Shown piece after piece: positions 1 through 13,701 of a stretch of DNA of 64,000 bases. Position 1 is the stretch's first letter. Every line of letters begins with the position of its first letter. This DNA is from Massalongia carnosa. Its lineage: Eukaryota. The stretch covers positions 2,046,001-2,110,000 of the forward strand of contig OZ287067.1 of NCBI GenBank assembly GCA_965645245.1, written 5' to 3'. The notes beneath the pieces are model-generated. The model was not told where the DNA came from. It saw nothing but the letters and a program-made list of their open reading frames with translations, and did not search any database. A program made the position numbers and the translations under genes.

Positions 1-2505
1 TCTCTAGATGATTGTTCTGCTCGGCATGGTTGTATCAAGGATGCGAAAGCACCCCTATCACTCCCTCGTGCCCGTGCTTGTGCCCATGCTCGTGCTTCAT
101 GCTTTGTACTTTGTGCTCATGTGTGAGACCAATCAGCCATCTTGCTTATTCTAAAACATATCACTCGATTCGCCTTTTATTGCCCTTCCACTTTCCCGTC
201 TTTCGCATCTGCACCATGCGTGTGCTAACTGGCTGGCCGCAAGCGAGGAGCTGAACAGATAATGCTCCCCCATTCTCTCCCAAAATAGATGACTTCCAAA
301 AATTTTTTTTTAACAGATAGGATTCATCTGGTAGGTACTCTGCCTTGATCATCACGGATACGAATACGGAACCATTGCGGCTATTCGGGTTAGAAAGGCA
401 GTCCACATGGCATGTCACACTTCACAAGGTTTCGAGGATAGGGCATATTTCATTTCTCGGAAGGAGTCGAATCAAGATGCATATTTATTCCATACAGTAG
501 GTAATGCCGCAGGTTGGAGAAACAATAAACGGGGGGGGGTGAGGAAGGGGGTGCGTGGATTGGTGGACCGTAGGACCGGGACAGAGACGATCATTCAGAA
601 CATGCTGCGAGCAGTACTCTATAACGGTCCAACGGTCGTTCCTGGGTAAGGGGCCAGGAAGATCATGGCCGTTGACAATTTACGATTTATGATTTCGGCA
701 TCCATCACGGAAAGCCAGGTAATTTGATAAGCTCGCCTTTATCTCCGATTCCGCCGTCCTAACACAGCGTACAAAAAAGGTACGAATGCCCCGAGGAGAA
801 AACATCCATGTAGGCACGATGAGTAGATGTGCCTTTCTCTTACTAATGGATGTCTCCCGTACTCTGTACCGAGTACATGAATGCTTGGCCCTCATCCAGC
901 AGTGTTCGAATGCTAAATTAGAGTACTCGGAGGAACAAAGTGCTTGAAACTACTCGGTAGCTCTGGAAGGAATTGATATCTGTTGACTTGACTGTTGTGC
1001 CCGAGTATGCGTCCTCTTCTAACGGAAAGAAACTCAACACGGAATGAATGATATACAGAGCGCCGATGACACGATGATGGACACGATGATGGAGGGAGTG
1101 TGTAAAGAGTATAGTTGGTCATTCGTTGACCCATCCGGAGCTATCCCCGATACAATGGACCTCACGCATCGTCTCCCCTTTCCCTTACAGCGTGGACGAG
1201 GTACTTAGGTTAGAACCTCACTAAACTTAGTCCTCAACTTCCATCCTCCCACGTCTCCCTGCCGCCCTTCCATCCCTCTTCCCTACCGATCCTGCGCTTA
1301 GTGCAGCCCTGCCTGCACCCAAGAGCAGCTAACCAGCTTCATCTCCTCCACCAAATACTCGTGCAGCCACGCGAGACAAAAGACCAGACTGGCCGACCGA
1401 ACGCCACCGAAGACCCCTCCCCCCCCAATTCACTTCCTTCACCCAGCCAAAGGCTTCCAAATTAATGCCTTGAAATACTGAAGCCAAACCTGAACCAGGC
1501 CTCTTCCAACCAACCTTCGGCGCGCTGTGACCCTCCAAACCCCACGGATTACAGAATACAGAGTACTGCCTCTGCTCCTGCGTTGTTTACCGCTCGTCTG
1601 GACTATCCAATCCATTTAATCCCCCATCTCCCATCCCCCATCCCCAAAAGAGCCTCAGCTGCTGTATGAAACAGCAGGAAGAAATACAATCAATGCCCAT
1701 CGATATCAACGACATCTGTGTCAATTCTATCGGGTTTTTGGATGATCCGTTAACCTCCAGTTTATTGGCACGCTGTGGATTTCTTTCGTAACTCGTGAAT
1801 CGAGAGGGCTGCAATCGCGCAATACCTTGCCACCCGGGGTGTTGCTCGAGTATACCTTCGCGGCCGCCCACCGAATGTGAGTTGTGTGCTCTAAAGTGTG
1901 TCTTGGTTCTCGCGCGAATTGTAACTCGGCCTTCCGAACCAGCTGCGGCCTTCAGCCTGGCTGCGTATGTTAAAGGTGCACTTGACATTCTACTGCTCGA
2001 CGTGTTGGAAGCTGACGCTGGGCTCGATTTTCTTAACAGCTGCCGAGGGATTTCTTCAAGTCATCGGGCGAAGCCGACAAGGGAAGAAGACACTGCCAGT
2101 TTAAAAAGTAACATCAACGTTGAGTAGGACAGCGTTCATTCGAGGCCGATCATTACAGCGTGCTACGACGGGTTCGAAGGTTTGTATCACTGCAGCAAAA
2201 GCTCCCGTCACCCTACTGCATTCTCTCGTTGCCTGGCGTCCCACAGCGGTAACACGGAGGCTCTGAGGGCGGACCCGTCTCCTTGCATGACCCGTACACA
2301 GCGGCCATTAGTGCCGAGGGGCTCGACGGTACTTTGCATTTTAAGATTTTTCTGAAGATAGATCACGATCGGATGTGTTGGTCGGCGCTTTCTCTCAAGG
2401 TCTCCCTATGCATACACCTAGCGATACTGTCAGAAAAGACCTATCGGTGACAGTGATTCATCTCCAGTTTTTGTAGCCGTTTGCGTAGGATATTATTAAC
2501 TCAGA

Positions 2506-4575
2506 ATGGAGACTACCTTTATTTCAATACATGGTCAGGAACTTTGATATGCATTCCTGCTTTGGATTCGAATGACATCGACTGACGTATGGAACGTAGA
2601 TCTCTCCTTGGACGCTCGGCTGCTCTACGTCTCTACCTCCATTGTCGATATTCTAGGTTACTCACCTCAGGACATCATTGGCAAATCATGCTGGGAATAT
2701 TTCCATCCAAATGAAATCCCTTTTGCAAGAGCCATTCATGGACGGGGTGTTCGGCTGGACAAGGCAGCTGTGCTCAACTACTGTCAGATCAAAAATAGGG
2801 ATGGCCGATGGGTCGGCTGTGAGTGTGTTTTCACCGTGGTTCACGATGTGCTTGTAGCTAGCACAAGCGTCTATCGATGTGGAAGTAAAAGCCAAAGTAT
2901 GTGCTCCCGCCACCTTGAGCGTTTGCATTTTTCGTGCCCCTAGAGCTAAGAAAACGGTCTAGAGCGAGCCAAAGATGCTCCCGTTATACGTCGGCTCTTT
3001 TCTTCATCACCGCGAGATCCCCGATATCACATGCTTTCCTACATCTCCCACAAATTCTCTCAAGAACTGCGCCCACAATCTCACGAGCCAAGGGCAGCCC
3101 TTTTTCTCAACCGTTTCACACGAACGCTAACCATTATGTACGCCACGAACGGGTTGGCAAATGTTCTCGGAATCACGGCGGACGAGCTGAATGGAAAAAG
3201 CTTTTACTACTGCATACAAGAAAACTGCCTGCAGGAAGCAGTTCGTTGTTTAGAAAGTGCAAAAGCCAACGATTCCATTGCCTATCTGCGTTTTTGGTTT
3301 CGAGATCCTCGCCAGGATGATCGGATAGATCATGATGAATCGATGGGAGACGGTCACAGCAGCGGCGATGACGAGGATGGAGGCGTCCATCTGGAAGAAC
3401 ACATGGACGAAGGTAGCCACGAAGTCGTGCGCGGTAACAGCTATTCAAACTCCCAACCAAGGTCTTCAGTAGACCATGGGTCTTCTCAGGCGATGGATCG
3501 GAACCCCATGGATCCGAATTCACGGTCGTCAACCGGTGATAGCACCGACCTCGATGCGCAAGGTAACGACGCCATCTTCGACCCACCACCTGCATCGCAA
3601 TCGTCCCGCTCATCTATTTCAGTATTAACGTCAGAGGATGGGCATCAATCGATGGGGAGATCTTACACCCCAAGCCAATTACGGATCGAGCTCGAAGCGG
3701 TCGTTTCTTGCACATCAGACGGGCTGGTCGTGATCCTTCGCAGAGCACGTGCGGTTCTCCCGCAAGTGGCGCAGTCCACAGCGCAACCTGTCGAACATCC
3801 TTATGCCAATGGCTTCTTTGCATCCCCGTGGGCTACAGACCCCATCCTTCCCGATCCGGTACACCGACCGCAAAGCGAGCAGCCATCTTGGGCCCGACCC
3901 TCTCTGGCGCCTTCTCAGGCGCCTTCTCATCCCACCGCGGCCCAAGCCCACTACGCAGTAGTCAACGGACCCGACTCGGAAGGATTCATGAACACCATTC
4001 GCGAGGTGGCCGTGTTCGCTTGGGCACTCACAGGCATCAACGGGTCCTTGGCTCAATACGGTCGCGGAAAATCGCGAGGTGAATCTCAGCCGCCCGGCGG
4101 TCTACCTATTTGGGAACCTGATTCTAACGTGGGACCGGAGAGGGAGCTCAGTACCGGGTTTGGCGGCCATTCCGGGCGTACAGACACTAATTGCTATCAT
4201 CAGAAGCGAGACCATGCGCATGTTAGCAATGGGAACGGTGGACACAGGAATGGCAATGGATGCAGTGATGGGGACGGTAACCATAATGTCCGTGATGATT
4301 ACGGAAACGGCGGAAGAAATAATTATGGCAACGGCAATGCTCTTGGTAAACCATATGACTACGGCAATGCTCTTGGTAAACCATATGACAACCACCCTTT
4401 GCTGGCGGGCCAAGGTCCCCACAAAGGTACGGGTGTCGGCGTCGGCAGCGGCGGTACCTCCTGGTTGTATGACACTGCGCAACCTGTGAAGCGATGGGAC
4501 CGAGTTTATTCAAACGAGCATACCAGCGAGTACGAAATCAGGCATTACGACGAAACGAGACGGTTTGGGCAATAA
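2506..4575 (+). CDS. PAS domain-containing protein (3 exons)
   Basis: ATG at 2506 (METTFISIH), GT-AG introns at about 2534-2599 and 2897-2962. PAS signature LLYVSTSIVDILGYSPQDIIGKSCWEYFHP, then a second PAS-like segment in ORF 3031-4575. Confidence 0.85.
4330..4389 (+). repeat. 30-bp tandem duplication within the CDS (GNALGKPYD x2)
   Basis: acggcaatgctcttggtaaaccatatgac occurs twice in tandem, in frame. Confidence 0.9.
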
Positions 4576-5130
4576 AGTATGCTTCTCTAGGAGTCGGAGT
4601 TGAAAGCGCGCTCATCACATATTTTGTTTTTTAACCCAATCTTCCTCTCCATAATTGGCTTGGCTCTTTTATTATGTAGGCAGAATTGGGTTGTACCAAA
4701 AGATGCAGCATGGATAATGATTTGTATGTTATTTGCTTGATGATGTACTCTAATTCTGACGCAATATACATCTATACCCCGTTCACTGTTCCTATATCTC
4801 TATAGAGTGGATTCTAATATTGATTAGGTCCTTTGGGGGTGTGGGGGTTATTCTCCGTGTCTCTTTTTAGCCCCCTATTCCTTCATCTTCTCCCATCTAT
4901 CTCTCTTTCCTTCCCGACCACTGATTCCTTTTTCCTTTTTCCTTTTTCTTCCCCTCCTCCCCAAACCAAAACACCATCTCTTACCACCCAATCTTGGACA
5001 AGGAGAGAAAAAAAAGGAACCTAATGAGCAGAAGAAACAAAACCAGACAGAACAAATCTAAATCTAAAGGATCCTTAGCGCCAAAAATAGGAAATAAACA
5101 AGATCGAAGGGGCTAGCAGGCAGGCAAGAC

Positions 5131-5287
5131 TACGCCGCGCAACGGGTTCGGTTTAATGTAGTAAAACCCAACCCAACCCGAATGTGGCGAACCCTATGGT
5201 TTTTGGTGTGCGGGTTGGGTTTTTGAGTGAAAACCCCGGTGGCAAATCGCTTTTTTTGCTCGAAAACCCAACCCGTTGCGCGGCGTA
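5131..5287. mobile_element. MITE-like element, about 155 bp, with TA ends
   Basis: Perfect 18-bp inverted repeat tacgccgcgcaacgggtt (5131-5148) / aacccgttgcgcggcgta (5270-5287); internal aacccaaccc/gggttgggtt repeats; no coding capacity. Confidence 0.75.
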
Positions 5288-6023
5288 TTCATTCTCATTT
5301 TGTTTGCAAATTGACATCTCATCAAATCAACATACTTGAATTCATTTATGCTTTGAAACATTTTCATATTGACGTGTTCAGTTCAATCGATCAACAATAT
5401 GAATTCTCGTTAACCTCGTACGATTGACTGCGCGTCATTTGCAACCGTTTTGATCTCTAAAACGTCGCTTCATGATGATTCGAGAAACATCGAGCATAAT
5501 GTTAGCTTGCAACTTCAGAAATTGTCGACGATTCTTGGATTTCGATTTCATCGCTGCTCCTATCAAATGACGATTTTCTCGTGCTGTGATTATTTTGAGT
5601 CGATCAGACCGTACTTTCGATTTGTGATCGTCGCGTGTTATACTCTTCTTTAAAGTGTTTTTTTATGATGAAACGACTTCATTGCGAAAACTTCTCGTGT
5701 ATAATATTAACGAAAGCGTCGACGGGGCTCATATCGTACATTTCAGTTCTGCTTATGACGGGCACTTCTTTGCGCGTGATTTTGGGCTGTTTAGAGATAC
5801 GTGATGATGGCATGATGAATTGAAAGATGGTTGTTTACTTTTCAAAACTAAAAGATTCTCGCCTATTCGGACACTTCTGACCCCGCATAATAGAGAGAGG
5901 GAGAGAGGGAATAGATTGGAAATTCCGGGGTGCGAAAAAAACCAAAAAAAAACAATTGTCTTGCCATCCACGGCTTGGGGGGTTTCGGGTAGTGGGCTAT
6001 TAGACTTTTTTGGTGCGGGTGTA
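5288..6023 (-). mobile_element. Degenerate, 3'-truncated Tc1/mariner transposon relic
   Basis: Minus-strand translation with stops and frameshifts gives RKEVPVISR...SKVRSDRLKIITARENRHLI...K*RAVNRTRL...RLN*TRQY...*FDEMSI, matching Tc1 HTH, GRP-like and WSDE motifs. Putative TIR end TA|CACCCGCACCAAAAAAGT at 6023. Confidence 0.75.
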
Positions 6024-6396
6024 AGGGAAAATTTGGGAGGCTGAGGAGGTAAAAAAAAAAATGTTTAGCGCCCTTGGTGGCAGGAAATCTTTATTCCTTC
6101 CTTTCCATGCCCCCTTCCCGTTTCCCACCTTTTCTCTCCCTACTTTTCTTTCTTCCTCGCTCCGGATAAGATACATCTTTGCCCGGAAAAAATATCACAA
6201 AGGATAAGCGGCACGAGGGAAGGAAAAAAAAAGGGGGTGTAGGGATGTGAGGGAATCAGGAGTGTTGGATCAATAGGTGTCAACGCCTGAAGATGGTAGA
6301 AATTCACAGCTTGATGTCCAAGAAATCTTCAAACAATTATTGACCACGAATCCAATGTGCCCACCATATTCAGATTACCAACATCAAGGGAAACCC

Positions 6397-8655
6397 TTAA
6401 TCAACCACACCCTTCATATCCGCCCAACTTGGCTCTACGCCCTTGCAAACCCCCTCATACCCTAAAAACGTCCCCTGGCCCTGTTCCACCCCCTCCGTCG
6501 TCCAAAACATGGTCCAGTTTGTGCCCGGCATCTTCCACGTGCCTCTGGCTCGCTCAAAATACCACTTATTGACAGGATTGTCCTTGCGGCTGCGCCAACA
6601 CACTCCGCCTGGGAAGCAGTCGCGCACCATCGCCTTGAAGACAATATCCGCCACGCCACCGGCGCCCTGAGAACGCTTGAGCACGGCAAATTTGTCCAGG
6701 TAAGGAATCATGGAAGTCAGGGAGCCATTGGGGATTGCGGGAGGGTTTTCCCACGTGAGGAGCGCGCCGCCTTCATATTCGCCTGCAATGATGACACCAG
6801 CTATGCGGTTGTTGATGCGAGAAAGGTAGTGGTGGACGTCCAGTTTTCGGTTGAAAGAATCTTCGATCAGGTGGACGAGGCGAGAAAGATCGATACGGGG
6901 GTCTGAAAGTTGGATTGATGGTGATAAGGATGTCGGAGGTGTCCAAGGGTGACTGAGTGGGTCGGGTATGATACTGATGGGCATGCCACGTTTAACGAAA
7001 GTAGCTGGAGAAGGCGCATCCTTGGGGGGTAGTGCATTCGGGACGGGTTTGAGGCTGTAATTTGAAGGTAAGGAGCATGAGATTATAGGCTTATCAGTAA
7101 ATAGATTATGAATCAGTGGGTTTTGGTGTCTCCGAGTTCCCACACCAAGGCTCTGTGTGGGCTGCACCGAGTTTCTTCTGGAATTGGCCGCTTCTTCTGC
7201 GGTGGTTATAATGGCCGAGGAAGAAGGCGGTAGGATGGCAAGAGTATGCTTTAGAAGATCTAGATTTCTAATATGAGCTTGTCCACTTAAAATTTGCTTT
7301 CGATAACCAGGAAATGACGCGGTATCTCGGGAGGTTGAAGGTGTAAGGGCGGATTCGGCTATCTTGGTGATGGGGATGGAGCAGCCCACCGGGAAAGAAG
7401 TACCAAACTTCGGGTCTATCGAAGCTTGCAAGTCATCCTTGATCCCTTGATATTCTTGCTCAAGATTAACAAAAACATGAGATCCATGCCATGTATCTCC
7501 CGAAGGTATTCCGCCAAGCGGATCCAGCAAAATAATGCGGTCCAGCGAGATCTCTTTCTGTAGGCTTTTAACCATTTCAGCAACTTTGTACGGATCGTCC
7601 TCGAATAGAGGTTGCGCCTGTAATCCAGCAAAGTCTCGTGCCAGGGCGAGTACAACATCATCAGCTGCAACAGGAGCTAGAGTCTGATTGGAAGTACATC
7701 CAATTGGTGCAACGACGGGAAGCACTCCTCTTCGCAATGGTGCCATTAGGAGGCTCCGATGAGTTATCCGCAGCGGACCACGCACTTTGACTAATGACTT
7801 ATCATCCTGCACCGATGATATCCGAACGACACTATCCAGCCGCCGGGCGCCTTTACTACTGCGAGAATCGATGGCCGCAACTAAACGATCGCTCTGCTCA
7901 ATAACCACACGGCAGGTCTCAAAGGGATCTCTGGTATGCCCATCCTCACAGTCTATGATGACCACGCAACTTAATCCTAGACGTGTAAGCTGAGATAGAG
8001 TACGTCCAACACCTTGCAACACAGCATAACTAATTGTCTGAGGTGCTCTGATCTTCACAAGAGCAACATGGAGAGATTCAGTGCCTTGATCGATAAACCG
8101 ATTCTCAGGGATCATTTGGGTAAAGACGGGACTCTGGTCGACAGCTCTGATGGGAAGATGTAGATTCCCGAGATTCACACCCACGTATGTGGCCTTGGCT
8201 GAAGGTCTCCTTTGATCATAACCCTTGAGCTTTGGGGGGCTGAACCGTGCAAGGTAGGATCTAGCTTCGCGCTTGGTTGCCGTAGCACCCAGAACGTCAA
8301 GGAAAAGATCCTGCATGGCGGTCAGCTAGGCAATCTATGCCTTGCGGTATTCTTTCTACCTTGTTTGTAGTATCTTCTCGTTCTCTCTTGCTCGTGTCCT
8401 CGGCTAACTTCGGGCTGTGGCTCGTGGAGGTGGAAAGGCGCTGAGATTTAATAGGTAAAGTTATAGACTGTGCGGATGGAGAGCAAGCTCTCTGGTGGTA
8501 GGTAGCTCTTAGACATGGTGCTTGTAAAAAATGGCCCGCCTATGGCAGCAAGTTAGCAAAGAGTGTATTTCTCTTTTTTTCAAATGTGGAGGTAAGCAAA
8601 CCAGAAAATGGTTCTGTAGCCTGTCTTTCCCCAAGGCCAAAATGCGACATGTCAT
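6397..8655 (-). CDS. ARG2: Mitochondrial amino-acid N-acetyltransferase (N-acetylglutamate synthase)
   Basis: 639-aa ORF with ATATKREARSYL and C-terminal NAT domain YLDKFAV...WRSRKDNPVNKWYFERA. Two small 5' exons inferred (introns about 8311-8359 and 8540-8601) encode a targeting-like peptide; the start is tentative. Confidence 0.9.
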
Positions 8656-10511
8656 GTTTCATCGTTGGCAGGAAAGGCCAAAGATATCTGAGAGAAATAG
8701 TAATGCATAGATAAGGTAGTAGTTTATGACCTTGAGCGCAAGCAAATTACGACATTCTTCCTATCACAATAGACAGAGTAGTCATAAGTGACTTGAAGCG
8801 AGGTTTCGTGTTAGTTAACTAGTAGCTCCGTATTCTGTGACGAGTACTCTGTACAAAAGTATTCTGTCCTCGTACAAGGTACTTAGCGTGCTTAAGTACG
8901 GAGCACTCATACACACTCCGTAACAGAATACTAGTACGGAGTGAGTGCTTAACGCCCATATTACTTCCCCGAAGGTAGATTGCGACCCTCAATAAGTGCC
9001 ATAGCTATACAACTCCACGATGCGACGTTTTCTTCTCGGCTAATAGAAGGTCAATTGCCTTTAGCACTCTTCAAATATAGGCGTCTTACGAAGTAGATGA
9101 AATTGGAACGATTGGCCGGTCTGCTCTTGTTTACCACATTGCGATCAACAGAATGGATAACGACTGGTTTGATTGATTTGACGTCTGCTTTATCAATCCT
9201 CCTATTAATCAAGTCAGACATCTATCTATATTGCATCTGAATCTCCTTCGTTCGATCAACCTACAGGCCTAAAATGTCCAATGCCCCTTGCCTGATTTGT
9301 AGTAAATACTGCAATCACCCGTTATTTCTTTACAGGCAACGTTGTCAGCTATTATTCGTAGGAGTGCTATCGGATAGACTGGCCGCTTCACGAGCAGCTG
9401 TGTTGCCAAGCGAACACTCTGCGTGCACGTCCTGCACAAGCCTATAAATTTACATTTTGCTTTCCCGGGTCATCTTAATCCGATGAGCTAGTCTGGGTAG
9501 AATGCAGGATTGACATAGAAAATGTTGATTGTTAACATGGTTAGAGTGGTGAGTGTGTAGGCGTTTTCTTTCTAGCATACCGCTTTGTTTAGCGTAACTA
9601 GATACGTAATCGGGCCCCGAAGAATATCCTCGAATTGGTTTCCAGCATGGCTCCCAACAAAAGGGGCCCGAAAAAACTTTCAATCTTGGTGCTATAGCTG
9701 GAAAAGGGGCTGGCCACTGTTCGCGTGGTCCGGTAACCGTAATGAAAAAAATGGGAGTCTTTCATGATCCGCCATGGCACATGGGTATTATTCTAGGAGA
9801 TCTCGGAGATGCGGTGGGTGATTTTGCTGCTTGTGGGGGTGAGATGGTCCAAAAAGTGGATGTTGCAATAATGGCTTTCAAAACTGATGTGAAAATTGAA
9901 ACCAATGCTAAAGCGGTCAGGATTGCATGTAAAGGCGATCATGAAATTTTGGGATGAGGCTGCAAAACCATCTTTGATAGCGGAAAAGCTACCCTAACGG
10001 GTGCTGAACAATATCATAGCCAACTGCAGTGGAAGTGCCAAAAAGCCACATGGTCTTCCAAGAGATACTCCCTTCTATTTCAAGTCTAGTCATCGATACC
10101 CATTACGCCGAGCTTGGGGAGATGACATATCAGCTTCGAAAAACTCCGATGTAATATATGTACACAGAAGCCTCGATCCAGGCTGAGGGATTAGATCTGC
10201 GCACCTTCTCCTTCGGCTGGATGCCATTGCAGTGACAACACAGCGCTGGCAGTGTCTTTAGTAGTGCGCGCAGATAGCACAGAGGTCACTCCAGAGCAAG
10301 TTAAGGTTTCCTGCCGTTACTACCCAATAAAGCTTCAATCTTAATGTAACGACTTGATACCAGGATATATCTTGGAAACACAAAGAGCCGAAGTTTCTCT
10401 CCTTGATTACTCTGGTAGAGTCTGCATGATTCTGGGGTATGCATCATGCCGGAAAGGTAGTAACAGACATGAGATGGTCATATGCTTGTGCTATTGACCA
10501 TACAGTACTCT

Positions 10512-12362
10512 GTAATCGTGCTAAACCACTTTCGGAATGGAAGAGCTTCCCTTAGTGCTTACCAGCTCAATGACGCATTGGGCTCAATGTCGTTTTTTCT
10601 ACTATCTATCCATCAAACAATTCACCTCGTCATCAAAACAACACCGATTGTCAATTTTGCAACTTTTATACGTAGAGAAGTGACTACTCTATCAAAGATG
10701 TGTCATTGATGAGAAAGGCTATTTGATTCAGCTGAGAATATTTTTTTTCTCAGCCGCTTTCTCCTCCCTAGCCTTCTTTCGTTTTGCCTTTTCTTCCTCC
10801 TTCTGCTTTCTTTTTGAACAAAGCTCCCTACACTGACTCACCTTGATGATTCCACCCTGAGAGGCCACCTGTCCACTAAGAACGGCCCGTTTCTGACGTG
10901 ATGAAGCTGCTTCCTGCATGGCATGAAGGTCTCGGGTGGTCAAATTCAAAGCATGGGCGGAGGCCACTGAGCCTCGAACAAATCGTTCAATTTGTTGAAC
11001 CTCCAGCTTATCATTGGGTCCCGCTTTGGCAATGGCTCTCTGAAACTTTCGACCGTACCGAACAATCGATTCGGGCCCATTGGGTGTATGTTGATTCAAT
11101 GGAAGAGGGGGGGGAGGCAGTTCGAATGGCTGACTCCCTCAATTGTGCCTCCTTTTCCCGAATTTTGTCCAGGACAACATTTGGGTTAAACGGTACGATT
11201 CCGGTTGATTTGAACGCATGACGGATGTCCCCCAACCGGACAGCTCGATCTATAGCCTCGGTGTGATAGTGTTTAAACGATTGAAAAACACCTACGTCCA
11301 ATGGCTGAGTGAGATGAGTGAAATGAGCTGGTAATCGAAACAAAACGATATTGTTGGCGGTGGCTAGTTCAAAGAATGGGATGGTCATATGCGATCCAAA
11401 ACCGTCAATGATTAAAAGTAGCCATGCACCCTGCCTTTTGCTACTCGCATGCTCGATGAAATGATTCAACTAGTCCATAGCTAAATCATCATTTGAATAA
11501 CCACTGTCGCTGGTGCCAATGAGAATGTCATCGTGTAAATCATTTTCCTGACACCATTTATGCAAAATCTGCACCCCTGAAATGATGATCAAAGGGGGAA
11601 TCACCCCTCCAGAACTTATACATTCCACCGTCGTGATTTAATCACGATTATCCGGATCCGTCATTCGCAAAGGCTTTTTCGGGTCCATGGTAATCACCAT
11701 TTGAGCCCGTCCACAGCCAATGCGAAAGCCTGTTTCATCCATGTTCCAAACATCCACCTCGGTGATGCCCTTGTCTCTCATAACAGCCTTCAATTTATAG
11801 AAATAATCCCTCATATCTATGAGACTATGAATATATTTTTCGTTCCGTCGCCAGGGGCTTTTGTTTGCGCTTGTTGTATTGAGAATTTCGCTCAAGAAAT
11901 CGACTGAACCACTGATGCCCTACCTTTCGATTCTCTGAACGAATCAAATAATTCGCCGCCCCCATAATCATCTTCAGCCTAGCGCACATATTGAATCGGT
12001 CACATCGATCAATATACTCGCGAATCGCCTCCTCTTGCTCCTCCGTAAGAGCTTTATTGACGCTGGGGCGGGTGCTTTTCGAGTTGGACCCATTCCATCG
12101 TCTTTGAAGTTGACGAATGGGCACGTCGTATGCACGCGCAGCCTTCGTACAATTCTTGTACCAACCTTCATTAAGCGCGTCGATGGCCTCTTCAATACGA
12201 TTTTCGAGTTTATAATAAGAATCAGAAGGCATGGTGTGGAGTTTTTACGTGTCAAAGATGGTGGGTAGATGATGGAAAAAACGACATTGAGCCCAATGCG
12301 TCATTGAGCTGGTAAGCACAAAGGGATGCTCTTCCATTCCGAAAGTGGTTTAGCACGATTAC
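10512..12362 (-). mobile_element. Fot1/pogo-family DNA transposon with disrupted transposase
   Basis: About 87-bp near-perfect TIRs (10512-10599 / 12276-12362) with TA at both ends. ORF fragments 12232->10728 carry HTH-CENPB and DDE_1 motifs (WNMDETGFRIG, LLIIDGFGSH, THLTQPLDVGVF), broken by frameshifts and stops. Confidence 0.95.
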
Positions 12363-12575
12363 CTAGAAATCCATTGTTATGTTTCAAGGGAGCTAATACC
12401 TATCCTTACCGCTAGTGGTAAGGATTTACACGAGACAGTATTATACCTGACTAGTACGCTCCTCAACCCACGAACAGCAGGCGGCGAAAACAAAATAACT
12501 TTTTCGAACCATCAAAACTCGAACATATACCGATAACTCCAACCCCATTCCATCCTCCATTTTTCTCCGGAAACT

Positions 12576-13701
12576 ATGTCTAAATTAGCCAAGTAAGACT
12601 TCAAGCTCTTCTTTAGCCCGCTCTCCCAAAAATATATCAACTAACCATCCATATCTCTTCTTGCAGCCGCCCAGATTGGGCCGACGACGAGGAATTTGAC
12701 GATTCCACCACCCTCCCCCCCCAGCAAATCACCACCAACAAAGACGGCACCAAAACTGTGATATCCTACCGCTTTAACGATGACGGTAAGAAAGTGAAGA
12801 CGACCCGTCGCATTCGCACTACTGTCGTTAAAGAAACCGTCAACCCCCGTGTCGCTGAGCGCCGCGCGTGGTCAAAGTTCGGCCTGGAGAAAGGTCACGC
12901 TGCGGGGCCAGCGTTTGACACCACCAGCGTTGGCGAGAACATTATTTTTCGCCCCAGTGTGACGTGGAAGAAGGACGGAAAGGAGGAAAAACCGGAGACA
13001 AACAGCATTAAGGCCCAGCTAAAGGACAAGAAGGTTAAGTGCCGCATTTGCGATGGGGAGCATTTCACCGCGAGGTGTTCGTTCAAAGATAAGATGGCTC
13101 CGATTGGAGAAGAGGGGGCTGCGGGAGCTGCAGGCACCAACGGCGCTGATGGGGAGGAGGAGGCGCCCAAGGAGGGCGGGCTAGGGACAGGAGGCGGGGG
13201 ATATGTGCCACCGCATTTGCGTAAGGGAGCCGGAGCTTCGGCAGGGGAGAGGATGGGAGGGAAGCACGAACGAGACGATCTCGCCACGCTGAGAGTTACA
13301 AACGTGAGCCCGTCGGAGGGAGGTCCTGCTCATTTCCGTACCCTCGCTGACACCCGACTCTTTTGCTAGGTCTCCGAGTTCGCCGAAGAGAATGACCTCC
13401 GTGAGATATTTGAGCGCTTCGGCCGCGTTACTCGCGTCTTCCTCGCCAAGGATCGCGACACGCAAAGAGCGAAGGGGTTTGCGTTCATCAGTTTCCAGGA
13501 GCGAAGTGATGCGGCAAAGGCGTGCGAGAAGATTGACGGGTGTAAGCTATTTTGCTCCTTTCTGTCTTTTCTTCACGTTTCTTCTACCCATTTATAGTCT
13601 TCTCATTATTTGAGTATAGACAGGAAGCTGACACGGTGGGAGTTTTAGATGGCTACGGACATCTCATCCTACGTGTAGAATTTGCAAAGAGGGCGACGTA
13701 A
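12576..13701 (+). CDS. TIF35: Translation initiation factor eIF3 subunit G (4 exons)
   Basis: DWADDEE N-terminus, zinc motif [16 protein letters not shown] (LRVTNVSE...[10 protein letters not shown]...KGFAFISF), ends [10 protein letters not shown]. Confidence 0.95.

Noticed and set aside
2200..2330. GC-rich stretch upstream of the PAS gene as a riboswitch or ribozyme
   Set aside because: I could not find TPP, HDV or hammerhead core motifs.
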